Source: Methanolobus sp. (GTDB lineage: Archaea > Halobacteriota > Methanosarcinia > Methanosarcinales > Methanosarcinaceae). From it: a DNA stretch of 64,000 nucleotides. Position 1 is the first letter of the stretch, and each line of letters starts with the position of its first letter. The notes beneath the pieces are model-generated. The model had not been told where the DNA came from. It was given only the letters and a program-made list of their open reading frames with translations, and made no database searches. Below, one piece after another: positions 27,877 through 38,219 of this stretch. The DNA lies in the NCBI GenBank assembly GCA_033549165.1, contig JAWSUM010000002.1:16211-80210 (forward strand). The letters are read 5' to 3'. The translations under genes and the position numbers were made by a program.

Positions 27877-29487
27877 ATGTCCATGAAACCTCAATGCTCA
27901 TGCTTCAATCGTAAAAAGAATATCTCTATTTTACGGACAAGCAAGTTACTTAAGAGGGAGGTCGCCCCCCCTACCACCGAACGGGGAATAAAGAAAAGGG
28001 AGTCGGAACAAATTATAGAATTTTATGAAGAAAGACTTGAGACTTTAAACGATGTGCTCTTTGCGGTGGACAACAACGGGATATTCACATATCTTAATTC
28101 TGCCATTGAGAATTTGACCGGGTACAAGAAAGAAGAGGTTCTTGGAAAGTCTTTTACCGAGTATGTTCATCCGGAAGATCTTCCTGTTCTCCTGAGAGAG
28201 ATAGAGCGGACAATCAAAGGTGTAAAAGAACCTTACATGTTCCGCATCATCAAAAAATCGGGAGATATCAGCTATGTGCATACCTCATCCCGCCCCATCA
28301 TAAAAAATTCCCGGATAGTTGGAATAAACGGATTGATGGTAGACATAAAAAAACTCAAGGAGGTGGAATCAAACCTCAGGGAAGAGAGAGACCTGGCCCA
28401 GAAATACCTTGACGTTGTGGCCGTCGTCATACTTGCCATTGACGGGGAAGGTCATATTACCCTCATTAACAGGAAAGGCTGTGAGATGCTCGGATACCGG
28501 GAAGACGAGGTAATCTCAAAGAACTGGTTCGATCTTTACTCTCCTGAATATTCCAGGGAAAAGGAAAAGGAAAATTACAGAAATGTCATGGAAAAGAAAC
28601 TGACTCTGCCTGAACACTATGAATCATCCATCCAGATGGCAAACAAAGAAATAAGAACTTTCGAATGGCACAACATTTTGCTAAAGGATGAAAACGGCAA
28701 CATAAAAGGGCTCCTGACCTCCGGGAAAGATATAACTGAAAGGAAAAAAGCCGAAAAAACACTTATTATGGCTAAACTGATAGCGGAGAATGCACACCGG
28801 ACAAAAAGAGAGTTCATATCCACCATAAGTCATGAGTTGAGGACACCGCTCAATCACATCATAGGTTATTCGCAAATTCTGCATGAAGACAATTCAGGAG
28901 CACTGGGTACCGAACAGAAGAAGTATGCAGGCGTGATAACAGAAAGCGGAAACCTGCTACTCAAAATGGTAAACTCGATGATAGACCTCTGTGAGATAGA
29001 GAACGGGACACTCGAGATCCGGGAAAAGGAGTTCTCACTTTCTGCAATGGTAAACGAGATCGAGAGCTTTATGATGCCAATAGCTAAAAAGAAAAATATA
29101 AGCCTGAGCTTCGACATCAATACCAGCATGAGGGAGATATGTTCTGACGAGGAAAAATTCAGGACGATTCTTTACAATCTTACCCACAACGCCATCAAAT
29201 TCACGCCTTCTGGTGGAAATGTAAATGTGAAGGCATATTCCCTTGACAGGAAGTTCTTGAGGGTATCAGTTACAGATGATGGGATAGGGATCCCCAGGAA
29301 AGAGCGGAGTAAACTGTTCAAACCATTCTGCCAGGTGGATTCATCCCTCAACCGAAAATTCAATGGGACCGGCCTGGGACTTTCACTCGCAAAGGAGCTG
29401 GTGGGAATGCTGGGCGGTACGATTCAAGTTGAAAGTGAACCCGGAAAAGGTAGCACTTTCAGTTTCACTGTCCCTGTTCGGTCTTAG
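27877..29487 (+). CDS. Cytoplasmic PAS-PAS sensor histidine kinase
   Basis: Two PAS domains (YVHPED, NWFD), H box SHELRTPLN, N/G1/F/G2 boxes. Confidence 0.92.
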   Translation: MSMKPQCSCFNRKKNISILRTSKLLKREVAPPTTERGIKKRESEQIIEFYEERLETLNDVLFAVDNNGIFTYLNSAIENLTGYKKEEVLGKSFTEYVHPEDLPVLLREIERTIKGVKEPYMFRIIKKSGDISYVHTSSRPIIKNSRIVGINGLMVDIKKLKEVESNLREERDLAQKYLDVVAVVILAIDGEGHITLINRKGCEMLGYREDEVISKNWFDLYSPEYSREKEKENYRNVMEKKLTLPEHYESSIQMANKEIRTFEWHNILLKDENGNIKGLLTSGKDITERKKAEKTLIMAKLIAENAHRTKREFISTISHELRTPLNHIIGYSQILHEDNSGALGTEQKKYAGVITESGNLLLKMVNSMIDLCEIENGTLEIREKEFSLSAMVNEIESFMMPIAKKKNISLSFDINTSMREICSDEEKFRTILYNLTHNAIKFTPSGGNVNVKAYSLDRKFLRVSVTDDGIGIPRKERSKLFKPFCQVDSSLNRKFNGTGLGLSLAKELVGMLGGTIQVESEPGKGSTFSFTVPVRS

Positions 29488-29503
29488 TTTGGAGGGCCCG
29501 CAT

Positions 29504-29815
29504 TCACTTGAACTTAACTGCAGTACCATACGCCAGCAGTTCCGCTGCACCCGTCATGGTCTGGGATGTAGTGAACCTTACGTTAACAACCGCATCGGCA
29601 TTCATTTTATTCGCTTCTTCGATCATTCGGGAAAGAGCTTCCTTCCGGGCCTGGGTCAGCATGTCAGAGTAGCCTTTAAGCTCACCGCCGACAATGTTCT
29701 TCAGACCTGCAGCAATATCACTTCCGATATGCTTTGCACGAACGGTGTTTCCGAAAACTACCCCAAGGATCTCAAGCTCCTTTCCCTCTATATTGTTTGT
29801 TGTCGTTACTAACAT
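29504..29815 (-). CDS. YbjQ/UPF0145 family protein
   Basis: TTTNNIEG, GVVFG, KNIVGGE..GY, GANAV-like DAVVNVRF, AYGTAV. Confidence 0.9.
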   Translation of the reverse strand: MLVTTTNNIEGKELEILGVVFGNTVRAKHIGSDIAAGLKNIVGGELKGYSDMLTQARKEALSRMIEEANKMNADAVVNVRFTTSQTMTGAAELLAYGTAVKFK

Positions 29816-29867
29816 GTAATGCCTCCTGAGTCATTGTACATATTTACGAAATTGCTTTCTTTGATCA

Positions 29868-31625
29868 TTATTTATTCTTTGGTAAGGTGAAGGTGAATGT
29901 ACTTCCTTTGCCAGGCTCACTTTCCACCTTTATGGAACCACCCATGCCCTCAACTATGCCTTTGGTAATTGCCAGTCCGAGACCGCATCCACCCACTTTG
30001 CGCGTGGAGGTACTGTCTATCTGATAGAACTTGTCGAATACGTGCTCCAGGTTCTCAGGATCCATACCAATACCATTATCTTTGACACTTATCCCTACAT
30101 CCTGAGCCATTTCCTGTGCCGAGACAGTGATCTTGCCGCCCTTTTGAGTGAACTTGACAGCATTGTTCAACAGATTGACAAATATCTGGATAAGCTTGTC
30201 CTTATCTACATAGACCCCTGGGAGGGTATCCGGTATATCCACTTCGATCTCAATGCCTTTATCCTCCGAAAGCCTGCGGACGTTCTCAAGGGAATGCTCC
30301 AGAGCCTCGTGCAGGTCAACACTTTCCATATCGAACTTCATCCGGTTGGATTCGATCCTGGATATGTCCAGAAGATCATCCACCATCCTGGCCTGCCTGT
30401 CAATATTTCGGTTTATAAGAGCAAGCAACTGTTTCCTGGTATCGGCATTACATTTTTCCTCCAGCAGGAACTCACTGGATGTCTTCATTGCCGTAAGGGG
30501 AGTTTTCAACTCATGGGAAACCATGGACAGGAATTCCGTTTTCAGCCTGTCGAGCTCTTTGAGTTTCAGGTTTGCAGATATCAGGGATTCATTTGATCGC
30601 TGTAGTTCATGGGTCTTTTTCTCCACTTCCTTTTCAAGGCTTTTGTTCCAGTTAAGAAGTATGAAATAGACCTGCGAACTCAAGAACAATATGAACAGCA
30701 CGGAAAGACCGGCTACAGTGAATAGCTTTACGTAAACAGAAACAATGATCTTGTCAACCTCGTTCCCAGGGCTTGAAAGGCCCAGAGACCAATGTTTATT
30801 ATACCATGTTACCGGAGAATATGAGACCAGGACATCCTGCCTGTGTCCGTTTGAACTTGTATTGGTATATTTACCATTGCCTTCCAGACCATTTATCTGG
30901 GCCTCGACAATATCCAGACGCTCGACCTCATAGCCACTTATATAATCAAAATAACTTGCGCCTTTATCATACATGCCTGACTGGTCATAGATAATCTCGC
31001 CTTTGCTGTTAAGGAGATAGACCGAGTTAGAGCCGTTGGAAGTTGTATCGAACTGGCGGATGATATTGTCATCCGAAACAATACCAAATATCGTACCCCT
31101 GAATTCTCCACCTTCAAAGACCGGGACCCAGACAAAGGATCCATAGATGCCTTCAAGTGTCATCGCAGGTTCGGAGATATAAACCTCACCTGTCTTCTTT
31201 ACATTCTCAAAGGCCCATTCATTATTGTTCTCATAAAGGTTGTAACCATAAGGCACGCTCTCTGAAGGATATCCCGATACCACGGTACCGTTGGCATCGA
31301 TGAATTCCAGTACGTGATATATCTCGGCCGCCTTGTATATCGTCTCGAAATCCGAAACAAAAAGATCTTCAGGAACTCCCTGTTCGTTTCTGGCCATTAC
31401 CTCTAGAAGCAACACCCTTTCATTAAGTAATTCCTCAAGGGATGAGGAGATATATTGCGTGAGTATCAGTTGTTGATTCTGGTATTGGTCCTCTACGATA
31501 GATCTTACCTCTTCGTTGGCCCTCATCCATAAGAAAACTATGGAGCTGACCAGAAGTAGTACTATCACTGCAAAGATTATAAGGTTCCATCTACTTTTGT
31601 TCCATCTACTTTTTTGATTCAGCAT
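29868..31625 (-). CDS. Membrane-bound Cache-domain sensor histidine kinase
   Basis: Two TM helices around an extracytoplasmic Cache-like region, H box SHELKTPLT, complete HATPase boxes. Confidence 0.92.
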   Translation of the reverse strand: MLNQKSRWNKSRWNLIIFAVIVLLLVSSIVFLWMRANEEVRSIVEDQYQNQQLILTQYISSSLEELLNERVLLLEVMARNEQGVPEDLFVSDFETIYKAAEIYHVLEFIDANGTVVSGYPSESVPYGYNLYENNNEWAFENVKKTGEVYISEPAMTLEGIYGSFVWVPVFEGGEFRGTIFGIVSDDNIIRQFDTTSNGSNSVYLLNSKGEIIYDQSGMYDKGASYFDYISGYEVERLDIVEAQINGLEGNGKYTNTSSNGHRQDVLVSYSPVTWYNKHWSLGLSSPGNEVDKIIVSVYVKLFTVAGLSVLFILFLSSQVYFILLNWNKSLEKEVEKKTHELQRSNESLISANLKLKELDRLKTEFLSMVSHELKTPLTAMKTSSEFLLEEKCNADTRKQLLALINRNIDRQARMVDDLLDISRIESNRMKFDMESVDLHEALEHSLENVRRLSEDKGIEIEVDIPDTLPGVYVDKDKLIQIFVNLLNNAVKFTQKGGKITVSAQEMAQDVGISVKDNGIGMDPENLEHVFDKFYQIDSTSTRKVGGCGLGLAITKGIVEGMGGSIKVESEPGKGSTFTFTLPKNK

Positions 31626-31662
31626 ATGACACAGTAAATGATGGTTCGTCAGAAAGGAGCGT

Positions 31663-32175
31663 TCAGAAATTGCTTCTTCTGAGTACCGTCTTAATACGGG
31701 CTTTCAACTCCTTCAGGTTGAAGGGTTTTGTCACATAGTCATCAGCACCGAGTTCGAGTCCCTCTACCTTGTCATCTGTCTCCCCTTTTGCAGTTAACAT
31801 GATGACAGGAATATGGTCAGTGGAAGGATCCGATTTTAAGCGTCTGCAAACTTCGAATCCATCCATCCCCGGCATCATGATGTCAAGGAGAATAACGTCG
31901 GGATTCTCGGTTCTGGCTTTTTCGATCCCTTCAAAACCATCCAGAGCAACTATCACATTATAGCCTTCTGCTTCAAGCGCTACCTTCAGTGCGGTCAGAG
32001 CATCTATCTCCTCATCGACTATAAGCAACTTCTCACGGGTATCGGCAAGGAAATCTATCCTCTGCTGAACAAGGTTTTCTTCCAGCTCAAGTGAACTGGC
32101 AATTTCCGCAGTCGTTATGCCGGGATTCCCTTCCATTAGTGCAAGGATCTTGGGGTCAATGTTTTCCGCATCCAT
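31663..32175 (-). CDS. Response regulator with N-terminal HTH and C-terminal receiver domain
   Basis: IDPKILALMEGNPGITTAEIASSL (AsnC-like HTH), then LLIVDEE, ILLDIMMP, MLTAK, DYVTKPF. Confidence 0.88.
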   Translation of the reverse strand: MDAENIDPKILALMEGNPGITTAEIASSLELEENLVQQRIDFLADTREKLLIVDEEIDALTALKVALEAEGYNVIVALDGFEGIEKARTENPDVILLDIMMPGMDGFEVCRRLKSDPSTDHIPVIMLTAKGETDDKVEGLELGADDYVTKPFNLKELKARIKTVLRRSNF

Positions 32176-32328
32176 GATTCATACTACCTGGAACTATCAA
32201 TATTAAATACCCTGATGATGTTATTAAAACCTTTCCAAATATCAAAGAGCTTGTATTTTGATTAGACCGACTGTACGAATAAAAGAAAACCTTATAATCC
32301 ATAACCGAATATCTTAGATAAGATTAAA

Positions 32329-32613
32329 ATGGATGCACTGGAAGAGATTTTTGGAAAGACCGCCCAGATGACCGTTCTGAAAAACCTGATCCTACACCAG
32401 AACGAGTCAACATATCTATCGGGAATTGCAGAGGAAACAGGCCTTTCACATTCCAGTGTGGCAAGGGTAATCTCCCCTCTTATAAAAAGTGGTATCGTTA
32501 TCGAAAAGCCCCTTGGTAAACAGATACGCACATTCCGGCTCAATCTTGATAATAAAAAAACACAGTTGATACTGGATTTTTATAACAGGCTCAATGAGAC
32601 TGAGAACAGTTGA
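32329..32613 (+). CDS. Small winged-HTH transcriptional regulator
   Basis: YLSGIAEETGLSHSSVARVISPL..SGIV, followed by wing strands. Confidence 0.8.
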   Translation: MDALEEIFGKTAQMTVLKNLILHQNESTYLSGIAEETGLSHSSVARVISPLIKSGIVIEKPLGKQIRTFRLNLDNKKTQLILDFYNRLNETENS

Positions 32614-32638
32614 TCATCACAGTTCTGAGAAATCAAAA

Positions 32639-33298
32639 TCAGATATCTTTTTCTGAAGTCTCTCTATCCTTGACATGTGAGCTTCCCAGCATCAGCACTG
32701 CAAAATACCCGGCAAGTCTTGCGAGCAGGTTCATCAGGTGCAGCGATATGAGCCCCACCGGAATCCCCAGGACAAAGATAACCAGAGACCCATGCAGAGA
32801 ATGCACATAGAATGTACCGAAAGACAAAGACATCGGGCCTAACCGGTACAGTACCGGGGACAGGAGCATGCTCATTGTAAGTGATATAAGGACTACAGTA
32901 ACGATAAGTGACATGATCCCTATGGGGAACTTCAGGAACAAATAAAGTAGCGATTTCCATGTTACAGGGTTCTTAAGCCTTGTAATTCCCTTGCCGACAA
33001 GATCAGCATCCGGATCCGGCCCACGGGACATTGGTGGTATATCCACACCCAGGAACCATATCGCGATCTGACGCTCAAAGGATGCTATTTCCCACCAGGC
33101 AAGGAAGATCAGTACCAATATGGGAATTCCCACCCAGATGGTCATCAGGCTGAATCCAAGTGACAGGCCACTCACCAGGAACACGAAGTAAGCGGTCCCA
33201 AGAGGGAATGTGAACAGGAGATACAGGATGTTCAGATAGGTCTGCTTCCTGAAAGCAACATTCACAAAATCAACTAATGCATTTTTCTGTTCGACCAT
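32639..33298 (-). CDS. Stand-alone membrane 'putative sensor' domain protein
   Basis: YLLFTFPLG..YF, WVGIPIL, ERQ.A, W..LLYLFLKFPIG pattern typical of the Sensor/DUF membrane domain. No kinase part. Confidence 0.7.
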   Translation of the reverse strand: MVEQKNALVDFVNVAFRKQTYLNILYLLFTFPLGTAYFVFLVSGLSLGFSLMTIWVGIPILVLIFLAWWEIASFERQIAIWFLGVDIPPMSRGPDPDADLVGKGITRLKNPVTWKSLLYLFLKFPIGIMSLIVTVVLISLTMSMLLSPVLYRLGPMSLSFGTFYVHSLHGSLVIFVLGIPVGLISLHLMNLLARLAGYFAVLMLGSSHVKDRETSEKDI

Positions 33299-33393
33299 GC
33301 GTCTTCTCCCTGTACACAAATATGATCAGCGTTCGATATACAAGTTTTAATAAATGGATCACTCTGCAGGCATCGGCAGAGTAAAGCAGCCTT

Positions 33394-33630
33394 TCATCTT
33401 CCATACTCCTGGATTCTTTTTGGCCTTCTGACGAGGAAATAGAGCAAAGCCCCAAGAAGATGAGTAAAGAGTATTATGATAACCCATATCAGCTTATCGT
33501 TACCCTCCGAGGGTTCTTTCATTGCACAATCCAGGAGCATCCATACCCAGAAAACGGTCCCTATTATGCCTACCCCGAAAATGATGAAGACCATCAAAAA
33601 GGGAATTCCGATAAATAATGCATCTAACAT
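33394..33630 (-). CDS. Small PLDc_N-domain membrane protein
   Basis: W.WML.DC......DKLIW.IIILFTHLLGALLYFLV.R pattern. Confidence 0.8.
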   Translation of the reverse strand: MLDALFIGIPFLMVFIIFGVGIIGTVFWVWMLLDCAMKEPSEGNDKLIWVIIILFTHLLGALLYFLVRRPKRIQEYGR

Positions 33631-33656
33631 TTTGCCTCCTTAGTTCACTCATCATT

Positions 33657-34871
33657 TCATTCATGTCTCAGTGCATCCACAGGGTTCATCTTTGCAGCCT
33701 TGTTGGCAGGATATACACCTGCAAGCAATCCCACGATGACCGATACGAGCATCCCTACAAGGATAAGGTCCAGCGGGAAGATATATGGCAGTCCCATGGC
33801 ACTATCTGCCATATAGGCCCCGAGAACGCCAAGACCCGTACCCAATATGCCGCCTATGAGGCCCACGACCATGGACTCCACAATAAATAGGGAGAGTACC
33901 TCATGGTTCTTATAACCCAGGGACTTCATTATCCCTATCTCATTGGTCCTTTCCGTGACCGTGACCAGCATTATGTTCATTATACCGATAGAACCCACAA
34001 TAAGCGATATCAATGCAACCGAAGTCAGCAGGGCACCAAGGGCAGCAGATAACTGGTCGACCTCTTCCAGGATTTCTGCCTGATTCATGAGGGAATATGG
34101 TTTTGCATCCTCGTTATCGATATCCCTGAAAGGAACACCCAGGTCCCTTGCAAGCCGCTTGTCAAGCTCGTCGGTTACATCATTTATGGATTCCATACTC
34201 GTTGCCGCTGCAAAGAAGCCCCAGTAGTAATCTTCCCCCATGATCTCATTCATGGTTGATATGGGGATGAATATCCTTACATCGGATTCTATGCCACTCT
34301 GGACGAAGGAAGTCTCCGGACTTTTAACAATACCTTTGACCTTGAACTTCTGGGTCACGACCTCGCCGTCTGCCCTTGTGAAAGTCAGTTCAATGGTATT
34401 CTTCTCAGATATTTTTTTGTCGAACTTCTCATATGCTACGTCATGTCCCAGAACAGCCATGTACTTGTCATTGTCATCCAGGAAAGTCCCGGATTCCATC
34501 TCTATGTTTGCAACTTTCTCGTAATCCTGGGAAACACCCTGAACCTGTATCTGCCGGGTTGTGGAAATAAACTTAGCTTCGGCAACTTCCTGACTTAAAG
34601 GAGAGACGCCAATTATTCCGGGAGTGTTCTTTATCACTTCCATTTCACTATCGTGGAAGAGATTGGATGTTTTACCCTCGACGATAATGAAATTATTACC
34701 CACCGAGCCTATTTCTTCTGTGAAGAACTCATTGAAACTGGCTCCGAGTGAGACATTGGCAATTACCGCTGCTACACCAATGACAATACCCAGTGTGGTG
34801 AGTGCCGATCTCATCTTAGAGCTTCCGATACTTCCCAGTGCCATCCTGACTGAATGTGTGAGGCTGAGCAT
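33657..34871 (-). CDS. MacB/FtsX-type ABC permease
   Basis: RSALTTLGIVIGVAAV, SLIVGSIGIMNIMLVTVTERTNEIG, GVYPA.KAAKMNPVDALR. Confidence 0.93.
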   Translation of the reverse strand: MLSLTHSVRMALGSIGSSKMRSALTTLGIVIGVAAVIANVSLGASFNEFFTEEIGSVGNNFIIVEGKTSNLFHDSEMEVIKNTPGIIGVSPLSQEVAEAKFISTTRQIQVQGVSQDYEKVANIEMESGTFLDDNDKYMAVLGHDVAYEKFDKKISEKNTIELTFTRADGEVVTQKFKVKGIVKSPETSFVQSGIESDVRIFIPISTMNEIMGEDYYWGFFAAATSMESINDVTDELDKRLARDLGVPFRDIDNEDAKPYSLMNQAEILEEVDQLSAALGALLTSVALISLIVGSIGIMNIMLVTVTERTNEIGIMKSLGYKNHEVLSLFIVESMVVGLIGGILGTGLGVLGAYMADSAMGLPYIFPLDLILVGMLVSVIVGLLAGVYPANKAAKMNPVDALRHE

Positions 34872-34894
34872 AGTGGACCCTCCTTAACGTTCAC

Positions 34895-36139
34895 TCAGTT
34901 GTTCTGCTTCCTGCGTCTGTAAAGTACTACAGCCGGGAGACCCAGCAGAACGACGATTGCTAAAACCGCTGCTGCAGTTCCGTTGTTTCCCTCGTCCTCT
35001 GTGACCAGTTCTATTTCACGGCTACCTACCCCGGTCACATGTTCATTGATACCGTTCCTGTATTCGACCTCGATCGTCACGGGATAAGATGTCTTCTCAG
35101 CATCACCGCTAGCTTTGATCTCTATGGTGAACAGCTCGTCAGGGTCCATGGAGCCGATGTAGTATTCCTCAGGAGAGAAATCAAGTTCTTCCGAATATAA
35201 CCTGACACTGACTGAGTTGAGGGTGTTCGGGTGCATGTTAGCCACATCGAACTCGAAGGTCCCTTCACCGTTAGTAAGCACCAGTAGTTTTGAAGGTATG
35301 ACCTTCACTGCTGAGGAATCAACAGTTATGGGAATTCTCCAGTTGCTGTTATACTCGTGGGAATTGCCTACCATGGAAAGTTCCAGATAGTAAGTACCAT
35401 CCTCTATCTCATCACTGATCTCTACGTTGTAGCTCAGGGATATGGAGTCACCGGGACCTATCACACCGGAACCTTCGTATGTGTCACTGCTAACTTCGAT
35501 ACCATCCGAGCCCTTCAGCACCGCAGACTGGACCCTGGCATTGGTATCATAGTCCACGCCGCCTATAGTGACTGAGCTGGTGGTCGCAGTATTGACAAGT
35601 GTGAAACTTACAGTGCCCTTATCCCCCGGCATGAAAACTTCAGGGTCACTTGATATGGACTCCAGGTGTATGGTCCCTTTGCTGTCAAAGGAAGCAGAAC
35701 CGACTTTCAGGTCAAAGGTCTTCTTGAACCAGGTATCACCTGCATCTGTCTGGTAATAGATATCTATGCTGCCTGTACCGACCCTTGCATTCTTGTCCAC
35801 GAACAAACGATATTCCTTTACCGCTGCATCTTCGGGAGAAAGGATGCCAATCTGTTTAACAGCATTTTTCTCCGAGTCAAGAGAGAAAGGATACTCCGGC
35901 TCGAGCCTGACAGAAACTGCATTCGCACGGCCATAACCTATGTTCTCGATCTTGACCGTGACATCCACATATTCACCGATCTCCGCGGGGTAGGGGTCGT
36001 ACTCTATGACGTCCACCTTGAGGTTTGCAGCCGAGGCCGCAGATACAGGTGTCATGAATGCAGTGAACATCAATCCGATACAAAAAAGTGAACCTAAAAT
36101 TTTCCTGATGGAATCGTTAATTTCAACCATATCAACCAC
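34895..36139 (-). CDS. COG1361 S-layer-domain surface protein (signal peptide + C-terminal anchor); start may be 36130
   Basis: Signal peptide ending VSA, YDPYPAEIGEY, Ig-like beta repeats, C-terminal TM + RRRK. Confidence 0.85.
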   Translation of the reverse strand: MVDMVEINDSIRKILGSLFCIGLMFTAFMTPVSAASAANLKVDVIEYDPYPAEIGEYVDVTVKIENIGYGRANAVSVRLEPEYPFSLDSEKNAVKQIGILSPEDAAVKEYRLFVDKNARVGTGSIDIYYQTDAGDTWFKKTFDLKVGSASFDSKGTIHLESISSDPEVFMPGDKGTVSFTLVNTATTSSVTIGGVDYDTNARVQSAVLKGSDGIEVSSDTYEGSGVIGPGDSISLSYNVEISDEIEDGTYYLELSMVGNSHEYNSNWRIPITVDSSAVKVIPSKLLVLTNGEGTFEFDVANMHPNTLNSVSVRLYSEELDFSPEEYYIGSMDPDELFTIEIKASGDAEKTSYPVTIEVEYRNGINEHVTGVGSREIELVTEDEGNNGTAAAVLAIVVLLGLPAVVLYRRRKQNN

Positions 36140-36140
36140 T

Positions 36141-36854
36141 TCAGTTATTCTCGATTATTCCGTCTTTTATCAGCACGACCCTGTCCACATACTTTTTCAT
36201 CTCATGATCGTGGGTAATCATTACAATAGTACGACCTCTTCCATGGAGCTCTGAGAAGATCCCCATGATCTCTTCACTGGTCTTTGAATCCAGGTTACCG
36301 GTGGGCTCATCTGCAAGGATGAGGGAGGGGTCGTTTATGAGTGACCGGGCTATTGCAACTCTCTGTCGCTGTCCCCCGGACAGTTCGGTTGGCTTGTGAT
36401 GCAGCCGGTCATCAAGACCTACCAATGCCAGCAGGTCCCTTGCCCTTTGGGCTGCATCCATATCCTTCTTTGAATTGGAATAGGTGGGGAGCAGCACATT
36501 CTCATAGGCGCTTAAACGTGGTATCAGATTGAAGTTCTGGAAAACAAAGCCAATCTCAAAACCACGGAGTTCCGCAAGTTCATTATCAGATATGGCTGCT
36601 GTGTCTTTCCCCATTAACCGGACGTGGCCGCTTGTCGGCCTGTCAAGGCAGCCTATCATGTTCATCAGTGTGCTCTTACCTGAACCTGAAGGACCCATTA
36701 TCGCAACGAATTCACCTTTTTTCACATTGAGATCTATCCCGTGAAGAATAGGGACTTCCATATCCCCAAGACGATAACTCTTCTTCAGATCATGTATCGC
36801 AATAACGTCCAACTGGACATCTGAAACCGAACTATTCGAACTGCTGCCAACCAT
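36141..36854 (-). CDS. ABC ATPase (MacB/LolD type)
   Basis: GPSGSGKST, LSGGQRQR, ILADEPTGNLD, ITHD. Confidence 0.95.
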   Translation of the reverse strand: MVGSSSNSSVSDVQLDVIAIHDLKKSYRLGDMEVPILHGIDLNVKKGEFVAIMGPSGSGKSTLMNMIGCLDRPTSGHVRLMGKDTAAISDNELAELRGFEIGFVFQNFNLIPRLSAYENVLLPTYSNSKKDMDAAQRARDLLALVGLDDRLHHKPTELSGGQRQRVAIARSLINDPSLILADEPTGNLDSKTSEEIMGIFSELHGRGRTIVMITHDHEMKKYVDRVVLIKDGIIENN

Positions 36855-36996
36855 AAATATACCTCTAGTGCTTTCATCTAACATATCGTCGTAAAACTTG
36901 ACTATTTATCGACAAGTTAGACTATATGCTTCGAGTACTTAAACCTTTTTACAAATCGACCAGTTAGCCTAAAAAAAGATACAACTGGAGGGAACA

Positions 36997-38211
36997 TCAT
37001 TCATGCCTGAGAGCTTCCACCGGGTCCAGACTGGAAGCCCTGCTGGCAGGATAAACACCTGCAATAAGACCTACGACAAATGATATGGCAAAACCAAGGA
37101 GGATCAGGTATGCAGGAAATACCCTGGGAATGTCGAGATATGTCTCGACCACGAAAGAGCCTAGCATCCCCAGAAGAGTACCGAGGATACCGCCTATTAT
37201 ACCAACAATTACGGATTCCAGCATGAACAGTGTCAGTATATCAGATCTGGTGAAACCCAGTGCCTTGAAAAGGCCTATCTCCTTTGTCCTTTCAGTGACC
37301 GTTACCAGCATGATGTTCATGATACCAATGGAGCCGACTACCAGGGCTACCAGCGCTATTACTGTGATCAATATAGTAAGTGAATCGGCGAGAGTATTCA
37401 GTTGATCCAGGATGTCGGCCTGATTGAAGATGCGGTACGGTTTTGCATCGGGGTTCTCCAGATCACGTACCGAAACCCCCAGATTGCGGGCAAGCCTTCT
37501 GTCAACTTCATCAGAAACCTCCCTTACGGATTCGGCTGACGCGGTCTTGGCGGAAAAACCACTGTAATCCTCCACACCCAGGATCTCATTCATCGTATCT
37601 ATCGGTATATAGATGCTTACATCCCGGTCCGGACCACCCTGTACGAAGGTGTTATCCTGGCCTTCCAGTATCCCCTTGACCCTGAACTTTTGTGTGACGG
37701 TGGTCCCGTCATTCCTGCGGAAGGTGATATCAATATAGTTCTTAATGAAAACAGGCTGATCGAACTTCTCCCCGGCAACCTCATTTCCGAGTACCGCTAC
37801 ATACCGGTCCTTATCAGTGAGAAAGTTACCTTCCTCTAAGACCAGATTGGATATGTCCTGGGCATCCGCCCCCACGCCCTGGACATCTATCTGCCGTGTA
37901 GACGAAAGATAGGTTACAGCCGCCGTTTGCTGGTTGAATGCCGACGCTCCCACAATACCAGGAGTGTTTTTTATGACATCAAGCTGATCGTCGTAGAAAA
38001 TGTTGACATCCTGACTGTAGATTATTATGAAATCTGAACCAAGAGAACCGAGTTCATCGGTAAAGTACTGGTTGAAGCTGGTTCCGAGCGAGACATTTGC
38101 AACCACTGCAGCCACACCTATGATTATTCCAAGAGTTGTCAGTGTCGACCGTAGTTTCGCACTCCTGATGCTCCCGATAGCAATACCTATTGCCTGCCTG
38201 ATGCCTATCAT
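36997..38211 (-). CDS. MacB/FtsX-type ABC permease
   Basis: Same motif set as the 33657 permease. Confidence 0.93.
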   Translation of the reverse strand: MIGIRQAIGIAIGSIRSAKLRSTLTTLGIIIGVAAVVANVSLGTSFNQYFTDELGSLGSDFIIIYSQDVNIFYDDQLDVIKNTPGIVGASAFNQQTAAVTYLSSTRQIDVQGVGADAQDISNLVLEEGNFLTDKDRYVAVLGNEVAGEKFDQPVFIKNYIDITFRRNDGTTVTQKFRVKGILEGQDNTFVQGGPDRDVSIYIPIDTMNEILGVEDYSGFSAKTASAESVREVSDEVDRRLARNLGVSVRDLENPDAKPYRIFNQADILDQLNTLADSLTILITVIALVALVVGSIGIMNIMLVTVTERTKEIGLFKALGFTRSDILTLFMLESVIVGIIGGILGTLLGMLGSFVVETYLDIPRVFPAYLILLGFAISFVVGLIAGVYPASRASSLDPVEALRHE

Positions 38212-38219
38212 ACTCTACC

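Noticed and set aside
27877-28000. Possible wrong or non-canonical start of the PAS kinase (GGAGGT at 27957 without a start codon)
   Set aside because: A TATA-like element near 27830 makes the ATG at 27877 plausible. The evidence for an alternative is too weak.
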